NCBI GenBank assembly: GCA_028696455.1
Contig: JAQVGZ010000005.1
Coordinates: 5,076 to 69,075 of the forward strand
Source: Desulfotomaculaceae bacterium
GTDB lineage: Bacteria; Bacillota; Desulfotomaculia; Desulfotomaculales; Pelotomaculaceae
Direction: 5' to 3'
Length of the DNA stretch: 64,000 nucleotides
Shown: in pieces, positions 57,528 to 64,000 of the stretch
How the letters are laid out: the number at the start of each line of letters is the position of its first letter
Numbering within the stretch: position 1 is the stretch's first letter
Position numbers and translations under genes: made by a program
The notes under the pieces: model-generated
Told to the model about the DNA's origin: nothing
What the model saw: only the letters and a program-made list of their open reading frames with translations
Database searches by the model: none

Positions 57528-58514
57528 ATGAAAATTAATAGATTTGGTGAAGAGAAGATTATTAGCTTAATTAATTCAAAAGTATCGACGACAAGTTCTA
57601 AAGTTGTTACAGGCATTGGAGATGATGCGGCAGTTATTGACGCCGGTGACCGGTATGAAATAATAACAACAGATATGCTTGTAGAAGGAGTTCATTTTAA
57701 CCTGGGTTTCACTGATGCGTATCACCTTGGCCGAAAATCACTGGCAATCAATTTAAGTGATATTGCTGCGATGGGAGGGGAACCGCTCTACTATCTCGTT
57801 GCTATTTCATTGCCTGGGCATACAAAAGTACAGTTCGTTGAAGAATTATATCGAGGCATGCAAGACCTGGCCCTAATCCACGGAGCAAACTTAATTGGTG
57901 GGGATACAGTTGGGGCAGAGGAAAAAGTTGTCATTGCTGTAACCGCAACCGGACAAGTAAAAAAAGATGAAATAATTTTTCGCCATGGAGCAAAACCTGG
58001 TGATCTGGTTTACGTATCAGGTTTTTTGGGAGATAGCGCTGCCGGCCTGAAGATTATGTTTGAGGGATTAAGAGGCCGGCTCGCGCCTGAAATTGAGAAT
58101 TATTTAATTAAAAGACATATTGACCCTGAACCAAGGTTGAACTTGGGCCGTAGACTTGCAGTAAACAAGTTAGCGTCTGCATTAAACGATATTAGTGACG
58201 GTCTGGTCAAAAAACTCTGGGAAATTGCCAGGAGCTCTGAAGTACAAATTAAGATTGACCCGGAAACAATACCAATTTCCGATCAGCTTGGTTGTTTTTC
58301 AAAATGTCTTGACCTGTCACCCATTGATTTAGCTCTGCACGGAGGTGAAGACTACGAGTTACTGTTTACCGTACCTCCTGACCAAGAAGTACTGCTCCAT
58401 AAAAACAAACTGTTAGTGAAAAAAATAGGCCGGGTTGTCATGAAGGCTGTACAGGGTGAGGTTTGCAACCAGGATGGTCACTTGCTTTTGGATCAAGGTT
58501 TCATGCATTTTTAG
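57528..58514 (+). CDS. thiL: thiamine-monophosphate kinase
   Basis: The AIR-synthase-like fold with GIGDDAAVI, TTDMLVEGVHF, NLSDIAAMGG and GGDT. ATG 57528 follows GGGGGA. Confidence 0.85.
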   Translation: MKINRFGEEKIISLINSKVSTTSSKVVTGIGDDAAVIDAGDRYEIITTDMLVEGVHFNLGFTDAYHLGRKSLAINLSDIAAMGGEPLYYLVAISLPGHTKVQFVEELYRGMQDLALIHGANLIGGDTVGAEEKVVIAVTATGQVKKDEIIFRHGAKPGDLVYVSGFLGDSAAGLKIMFEGLRGRLAPEIENYLIKRHIDPEPRLNLGRRLAVNKLASALNDISDGLVKKLWEIARSSEVQIKIDPETIPISDQLGCFSKCLDLSPIDLALHGGEDYELLFTVPPDQEVLLHKNKLLVKKIGRVVMKAVQGEVCNQDGHLLLDQGFMHF

Positions 58515-58686
58515 TTACCAAAACAACATTTCCTAACTAATAATGGTTTCTGCTTAAATTTTTGTATTGCATGATGAATGAACTTAAATAGAGGCTCTCC
58601 GAACAAATTAGAGATTTAAAAACCCAGTCCACCATGTTATGATTTCGAGCCATTTGGGGGAATCATACAAGTGGGGGGGTAATCAG

Positions 58687-59361
58687 ATGACCAGGCAAAA
58701 ATTTAAGCGGCTTCCAAAACATATTGGTATTATTCCGGACGGTAACAGGAGATGGTCGGTAAAGAACGGAATTCCAAAGGAAGCCGGCTATACAAAAGGA
58801 TTGCTGCCAGGCCTTATGCTGTATGAGATTTGTCTTGAGCTAGGCATTAACGAGATCACCTTTTACGGTTTTACGCAGGACAATACTAAACGCCCGCAAG
58901 TACAGCGGAAAGCCTTCCAGAAAGCTTGCGTTGATGCTGTAAATATGCTTTCCAACAGGGATGCATCCTTACTGGTGATCGGCGATTCCAACTCGACACT
59001 ATTTCCTTCAGAACTAATTCCATATATAAAGAGACATACTTTTGGTAAAGATTTAATAAAAATAAATTTCCTGGTAAACTATAGCTGGAAATGGGATCTG
59101 AACTATGCTTTAGTGCTTAAGAATTTACAGCCAGACAACCAGCATGTTAATCTCATTAATTCAATTGCCTCAGCAGATATTTCCCGCATTGACCTGATAA
59201 TTCGCTGGGGCTGCCGCAGGCGGCTTAGCGGTTTCCTGCCGGTTCAATCAATATATGCCGATTTTTATGTGGTGGATCAATTGTGGCCAGATTTTACACC
59301 AGAACAATTCTATCAGGCTCTAAGCTGGTATGAAACTCAAGATGTTACTCTTGGCGGATGA
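58687..59361 (+). CDS. cis-prenyltransferase (UppS-family) paralog, divergent
   Basis: IGIIPDGNRRW (the DGNxRW motif), YGFTQDNTKRP (cf. the FSxENxxR motif), and IRWGCRRRLSGFLPVQ (cf. IRTSGExRxSNFLLWQ). ATG 58687 follows a G7 run. Confidence 0.7.
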   Translation: MTRQKFKRLPKHIGIIPDGNRRWSVKNGIPKEAGYTKGLLPGLMLYEICLELGINEITFYGFTQDNTKRPQVQRKAFQKACVDAVNMLSNRDASLLVIGDSNSTLFPSELIPYIKRHTFGKDLIKINFLVNYSWKWDLNYALVLKNLQPDNQHVNLINSIASADISRIDLIIRWGCRRRLSGFLPVQSIYADFYVVDQLWPDFTPEQFYQALSWYETQDVTLGG

Positions 59362-59587
59362 ACCTGAAGAAAATTCAGAGGTGAGGTTATCCAGGTTATT
59401 TTTAATTTATGCATCATTTCAATTGGCTAACTATTCTCATCGATACTTCCTGCTTAAATAATCATTATGTTATAGATCTAATTACAGTGATAATTTTAAA
59501 ACCATCACTGTTCCTTAAAATAACTCATCTCATGGTAGCAACCCCGATTATTGCGTCATAACTTGTTATAGAAAGCGGGGTGTTGGC

Positions 59588-60646
59588 TTGACCATAGAAG
59601 TCATAACTATAAATAATAATAGAGAAATGCAGGTTTTTGATGCTTTCCCGCGGAAAATCTATCGGAATTTTTTTAGAGCACCTTCTTTTCCGACAATTGA
59701 GTGGCCAAGTCGGAAGTTTTCAGAAATGCTATTTCAAGCAGTGGATGCACAGCCCTTCCTGGCATTTAGAAACGGTCGGCCTGTCGGGCGAATTGCTGTT
59801 GCTATTAATTATCATTATTCCAGCAAAGGCACTGGCTTCTTCGGTTACTTTGAATGCCTAAACGACCCCAAAGCAGCTGCAGCAATGTTTCAGGCGGCAA
59901 CCCAATGGCTGTCCGACAGAGGTTTTAACCGCATGATCGGACCGATTGACCTAACCCCCCATGAACGATTAGGACTACTAACGAAAGGATTCACAGGTTT
60001 TCATCTGCCAGGCATGCCATATAACCCACCATACTATCTCAATCTCATAGAGCAATTTGGTATGAATAACGAAGTTGATTTATTTGCATATAAATATGAC
60101 CTGGGAAACCCTTTTCCGGACAGATTGGTACGTGTTGCGAACCGAGCCGTACTTACAAAAAATTTACTTTTGCGAAAGATAAATTTTAATGATTTAGTCA
60201 ACGAGGGTGAAGTCTTCTCTAAAATTCATAATGGCTCAATGGATACAGTTTGGGGTTTTGTGCCCCTAACCCCTGGAGAGGGTTCTGCAATATGGAGAAA
60301 AATTAAGTACTTTTGCGACCCAAGTTTAATCATCATTGCTGAAATAGACGGGAAGCCGGCAGGATTGTGCCTTATTATAAGTTCTACCCCCAAAACATTT
60401 TTTCCTAACATCAATAAATTGATGGCACGTTTAGCCGTTCTGGCGGTTTTACCCCAGTACCGCTTTAAGGGACTGGAGGCAGCCATGATCCTGGAATGTG
60501 TCAAGCGAGCTCGCAACAGAGGAATTAGTACCTTGGAACTATCCCAAATTGCTGAAAATAATTCGATGATGAATCGGATTGTTCAAAGCATGAGCGGCAT
60601 AAGAAGGGACAGAATATACCGCATCTACAAATTAGATTTTTTCTAA
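59588..60646 (+). CDS. hypothetical protein, GNAT-like acyltransferase fold suspected
   Basis: The C-terminal region LAVLAVLPQYRFKGLEAAMILECVKRARNRG resembles a GNAT acyl-CoA-binding beta4-alpha3 motif (Q/RxxGxG/A-like). The N-half looks like a second degenerate GNAT lobe. The start is TTG. The family is not firmly recognised. Confidence 0.4.
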   Translation: MTIEVITINNNREMQVFDAFPRKIYRNFFRAPSFPTIEWPSRKFSEMLFQAVDAQPFLAFRNGRPVGRIAVAINYHYSSKGTGFFGYFECLNDPKAAAAMFQAATQWLSDRGFNRMIGPIDLTPHERLGLLTKGFTGFHLPGMPYNPPYYLNLIEQFGMNNEVDLFAYKYDLGNPFPDRLVRVANRAVLTKNLLLRKINFNDLVNEGEVFSKIHNGSMDTVWGFVPLTPGEGSAIWRKIKYFCDPSLIIIAEIDGKPAGLCLIISSTPKTFFPNINKLMARLAVLAVLPQYRFKGLEAAMILECVKRARNRGISTLELSQIAENNSMMNRIVQSMSGIRRDRIYRIYKLDFF

Positions 60647-60917
60647 GTAAGACTTATAGTATACTCGAATATTTGGGCAAAATGATACGAAATTAAACAT
60701 TGCAAGAAACTGTCCCCTTACTCGAACCTGTCCTTATATTTCTATCAGGATACTTACCTTAAAGAATTGTTATAAGCATGTTGATTTTCGGTTATTATCT
60801 TCTAAAGGCAAGTACCAAAAGACGTTTTTACGATGCTAACTGCTGTCCATTTAATTCTATATAATACTTGCTCTAATTTATTGACTGCTATAAAAAACTT
60901 ACTAAAGAGGTAATTGT

Positions 60918-61595
60918 ATGTCATTATCAATAATCTGTGACGATCCTGGCAACCGGTCAGACGAACGAAAGCAAATGATTGAAGAACAACTAATTTTACG
61001 CGGTATTAACAATAGAGATATATTGCAAAGTATGCTAATAGTACCCCGCCACTGCTTTGTTTCTAAGCAATACCAGGCGTACGCCTATGATGATTGCCCA
61101 CTTCCTATAAGTGCGGGACAAACGATTAGTCAGCCGTACATCGTTGCCTTAATGGTTAAAGCTTTGAAACCAGCTAATACAGACAGAGTTTTGGAAATCG
61201 GTACAGGCTCCGGTTATGCAGCCGCCGTCCTTTCCCGAATAGTAGCCATGGTTTACACCATCGAGAGGCACGAAGCATTAGGCAACGAAGCACAAGCGCG
61301 CCTAAAAGCTTTAAAATACGACAACATTCAGGTGCGGATTGGTGATGGAACCAAAGGTTGGTATGAAAAATCTCCTTTTGACGGGATCATCGTATCAGCT
61401 GGAGCCCCCAATATACCGCAATCTCTTGTCGATCAGTTAAAGCCTGGTGGACATATTGTGGTTCCAGTTGGTGATGAGATCACTCAAGAGTTGCTTATAC
61501 TATATAAAAAGCATGATGGTGAAACTAGTATAGAAAAAATTGGGGCAGTTCGCTTCGTCCCATTAATCGGTGACGAAGGTTGGGACATGTCTTAA
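60918..61595 (+). CDS. pcm: protein-L-isoaspartate O-methyltransferase
   Basis: TISQPYIVALM, LEIGTGSGY, and the C-terminal FVPL. Confidence 0.9.
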   Translation: MSLSIICDDPGNRSDERKQMIEEQLILRGINNRDILQSMLIVPRHCFVSKQYQAYAYDDCPLPISAGQTISQPYIVALMVKALKPANTDRVLEIGTGSGYAAAVLSRIVAMVYTIERHEALGNEAQARLKALKYDNIQVRIGDGTKGWYEKSPFDGIIVSAGAPNIPQSLVDQLKPGGHIVVPVGDEITQELLILYKKHDGETSIEKIGAVRFVPLIGDEGWDMS

Positions 61596-61669
61596 ATCAA
61601 AGAAGGCAAGCTAATAAAAAGAGGGGCCACTATCATGGTGAATCCATTCTAGAGGTATTATTTAATTGA

Positions 61670-62875
61670 CTAAGTTCTTACTTTTAGTCTTTTTACGGCT
61701 TGCTCAAGCCCGTTTAACGACAACTCATACATAGGGAAAATTTGACGGATTAGATTAATGGTATGCGCACCGTAATACATTCGTTCATCCCACTGCTGAA
61801 TAGGTAGAGGGTTTAGCCATACAGCATACTTAAAATGCTTAATCAAACGCCCCAACCAAACCAGCCCCGATTCGTTATTCATCATATCCCAATCAATAGC
61901 CCCGCCTACCGTGGTCAGCTCGCTTGGGGCCATACTGGCGTCACCAACAACAATCAAACGATATTCCGGATCAAGGTTGTGTAAAAATTCATACGTATTC
62001 ATGGCATAGCTAGAAATACAGGCCGGATTTACATATATTTGATCGTAAACGCAATTATGAAAATAATAAAACTTAAGGTCTTTTAAGTGGCTGGCGCGTT
62101 TGAAAGCGCTGAATAACTGGCTGCAGAGGTTAATATGGGGATCCATAGAACCGCCCGAGTCCATCATCAGCAATACTTTCAGTTTATTTTTGCGTGGCCG
62201 GTCCCAAATAATTTTAAGCGCGCCAGCGTTCCTGCAGGTAGCATCGATAGTACCATCTATATCTAACTCATCCTTCAAACCTTCATAATGGTTAGTCATC
62301 TGGCGAAGGATACGTAAGGCAGCCTCAAACTTCCTTACCCCCAGTATTAGATCACTGCGGTACCCCCGGTAACGCCGCTCCGCAGCCACCTTAACGGCTG
62401 AGCTATTGCTCGCTGTGCCGCCGATTCGCACTCCTCCTTTTGGGTTGAAGCCCCCATGTCCAAACCGTGATTTACCACCGGTTCCAATTTTCTTTGAGCC
62501 ACCATGGTGCTCCCCGTCCTGCTTCTGCAACTCTCTTTCTAGTTCATCCCGTAATTTATTTATATTCCAGTCCTGAAACATCTTTCTTTCTTCTGGAGAT
62601 ATCATCAGAGGAGGTATTTCGTTTTTCAACCATTCCAGGGCTTGCTCTACTACGTCAACCGGTGTCTCAATACCTTTAAAGTAATTCTGGAAGGCTATAT
62701 CATAACTATCAAAGTGTGTTTCACTTTTTACCAGAACTGCCCGGGCAACATGATAAAACCCACTCAGGCTGGAAAATGCCAGCCCTTTGCTCAGGGCTTC
62801 CATCAAGGTCATCCACTCGGTTAGTGACACCGGCACACCTGTCCTCTTTAATTCATAAAAGAAATTAACAAACAC
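61670..62875 (-). CDS. VWA-domain protein, CoxE-like
   Basis: The N-terminus FFYELKRTGVPVSLTEW and a C-terminal VWA domain with a MIDAS-like LLMMDSGGSM. The GTG start lies 6 nt after the MoxR stop. Confidence 0.8.
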   Translation of the reverse strand: MFVNFFYELKRTGVPVSLTEWMTLMEALSKGLAFSSLSGFYHVARAVLVKSETHFDSYDIAFQNYFKGIETPVDVVEQALEWLKNEIPPLMISPEERKMFQDWNINKLRDELERELQKQDGEHHGGSKKIGTGGKSRFGHGGFNPKGGVRIGGTASNSSAVKVAAERRYRGYRSDLILGVRKFEAALRILRQMTNHYEGLKDELDIDGTIDATCRNAGALKIIWDRPRKNKLKVLLMMDSGGSMDPHINLCSQLFSAFKRASHLKDLKFYYFHNCVYDQIYVNPACISSYAMNTYEFLHNLDPEYRLIVVGDASMAPSELTTVGGAIDWDMMNNESGLVWLGRLIKHFKYAVWLNPLPIQQWDERMYYGAHTINLIRQIFPMYELSLNGLEQAVKRLKVRT

Positions 62876-62881
62876 GGGGCA

Positions 62882-63745
62882 TCACCCCCATAAGCTGTGA
62901 CTTCTAGTCTTAGTTTTATTCGTGCTCTGCGTGCGCAGTCTGCTTAATATTACATCAAAGTCCTGGTTCTTCTTGAGTAAAACCCCCAGAAGGGGTATTT
63001 CCCTGCGGATCTTATCTAAACTAACCCCACCTACAGTCAGAGCCTGCACCCAGTCAAGCAGTTCACTGGTGCTAGGCTTCTTTTGCAGCCCATTTAGGGT
63101 TCTAATCCAGTAAAATGCCTCCATCGCTTCATGGATTAATTTGTCCTCAAGATGAGGGTGGTGGACATTGATAATATTTACCATCATTTCTGGTTCCGGG
63201 AAATTAATATAATGAAAAATGCACCTTCTTAAAAAAGCGTCAGGCAGCTCTTTTTCAGCATTGCTAGTGATGATTACTATCGGCCGGTGCTTCGCTGTAA
63301 CCGTCACTCCGGTTTCTGGAATATAAAAGCTCATCATATCTAATTCCCAGAGCAGGTCATTAGGAAATTCCAGGTCTGCTTTGTCTATCTCGTCGATCAG
63401 CAATACAACTGGGTTATCGGATAGAAATGCTTCACCTAATTTTCCCATTTTGATATATTGGCTGATGTCTGAAACGTCGTGATCCCCAAACTGGCTGTCA
63501 TATAGTCTTTGTACAGTGTCATATACATATAACCCGTCCTGTGCCTTCGTTGTCGACTTAATGTTCCAAATGATCAGTTTTAGACCCAGCCCCTCCGCTA
63601 TGCTCCGGGCCAGCATAGTTTTGCCCGTGCCTGGCTCACCCTTAATCAATAGCGGCCGCCCCAGAGTTATGGAAACATTTACACTGTTTCGCAGGTCCTC
63701 AGATACAATATAATTCGCCGTGCCCTTGAATTCCTGCACTTCCAC
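62882..63745 (-). CDS. MoxR-like AAA+ ATPase
   Basis: Walker A GEPGTGKT, Walker B VLLIDEIDKA, and the sensor region ITSNAEKELPDAFLRRC. Confidence 0.85.
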   Translation of the reverse strand: MEVQEFKGTANYIVSEDLRNSVNVSITLGRPLLIKGEPGTGKTMLARSIAEGLGLKLIIWNIKSTTKAQDGLYVYDTVQRLYDSQFGDHDVSDISQYIKMGKLGEAFLSDNPVVLLIDEIDKADLEFPNDLLWELDMMSFYIPETGVTVTAKHRPIVIITSNAEKELPDAFLRRCIFHYINFPEPEMMVNIINVHHPHLEDKLIHEAMEAFYWIRTLNGLQKKPSTSELLDWVQALTVGGVSLDKIRREIPLLGVLLKKNQDFDVILSRLRTQSTNKTKTRSHSLWG

Positions 63746-63912
63746 TTAACTTCATTCCTCCAGAATTGTTTTTTATATGTGCTACTAAAAGTAAAAACAA
63801 TCGAAATTACTGTGGTTATAAAAATGATAATTTCCAATATAGAAACATCAAATTTTAACTACAAAGCAACTACTTATAATAAGTAAACAGTTTAAACAAT
63901 GATTTTAGAACT

Positions 63913-64000
63913 TTACTTTGAGTCTTTTTATCGCTAGCTCTAGTCCATCTAGGGTTAGCTCAAACATGGGGAACAACTTGCGAACCAAATTAATCGTATA
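63913..64000 (-). CDS. 3' end of a second CoxE-like VWA gene (partial, continues beyond the window)
   Basis: The hand translation ...YTINLVRKLFPMFELTLDGLELAIKRLKV* is a clear paralog of the C-terminus of the 61670-62875 product (...HTINLIRQIFPMYELSLNGLEQAVKRLKVRT*). Confidence 0.55.

Noticed and set aside
1-64000. CRISPR arrays, rRNA or tRNA genes, and IS elements or integrases
   Set aside because: No regularly spaced direct repeats, no rRNA- or tRNA-like conserved strings, and no transposase or recombinase motifs appeared in any of the supplied translations. The only decay signatures are the fragments reported at 31.1-36.3 kb.

Overview
The window looks like a core chromosomal segment of an endospore-forming Firmicute, probably Clostridia or Peptococcaceae-like. 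I infer this from the gene content: an alpha/beta-type SASP, gpr, pdaA-like, ylbJ-like, a FabK-type fab cluster, and the priA-def-fmt-rsmB-rlmN-prpC-prkC-rsgA-rpe block.

Gene order along the window:
- a 5'-partial dynamin-family GTPase followed by three mini coiled-coil ORFs
- a GH15 glycosidase pair and a PdaA-like deacetylase
- ftsY and rnc
- the fatty-acid and phospholipid cluster fabF-acpP-fabG-fabD-fabK-fabH-plsX, read here in window coordinate order (it is transcribed on the minus strand as plsX-fabH-fabK-fabD-fabG-acpP-fabF)
- rpmF and yceD(DUF177), a ylbJ-like gene, uppP
- an ADP-forming acetyl-CoA synthetase plus a Pta-N-terminal-only protein
- coaD, rsmD, gpr, a SASP gene, recG, rpmB
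- the ribD-ribE-ribBA-ribH operon with an FMN riboswitch
- a roughly 5-kb decayed, accessory-looking stretch: a 2-hydroxyacid dehydrogenase, orphan ORFs, an acyl-CoA ligase and a gutted xanthine-dehydrogenase-family pseudogene
- a long minus-strand operon, priA-def-fmt-DUF116-rsmB-rlmN-fhaA-fhaB-PP2C-rodA/ftsW-PBP-prkC-rsgA-rpe
- nfeD-floA plus a small membrane protein, and a Fur-family regulator
- a TPP-riboswitch-controlled thiE-thiC-thiL cluster
- a divergent cis-prenyltransferase, a GNAT-like protein and pcm
- tandem MoxR-ATPase/VWA(CoxE-like) modules at the right edge

I saw no rRNA, tRNA, CRISPR array or intact mobile element.

The loci most worth a second look:
1. The split dynamin-like operon at nt 1-1600.
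2. The actinobacterial-style fhaA-fhaB-pstP-rodA-pbpA-pknB order nested inside the Firmicute prpC/prkC operon.
3. A FapR-like operator upstream of plsX, with no fapR in the window.
4. The divergent UppS paralog.
5. The tandem MoxR/VWA pairs.
6. The decayed island at 31.1-36.3 kb.

All functional calls come from reading motifs in the supplied translations by eye. No database search was run.
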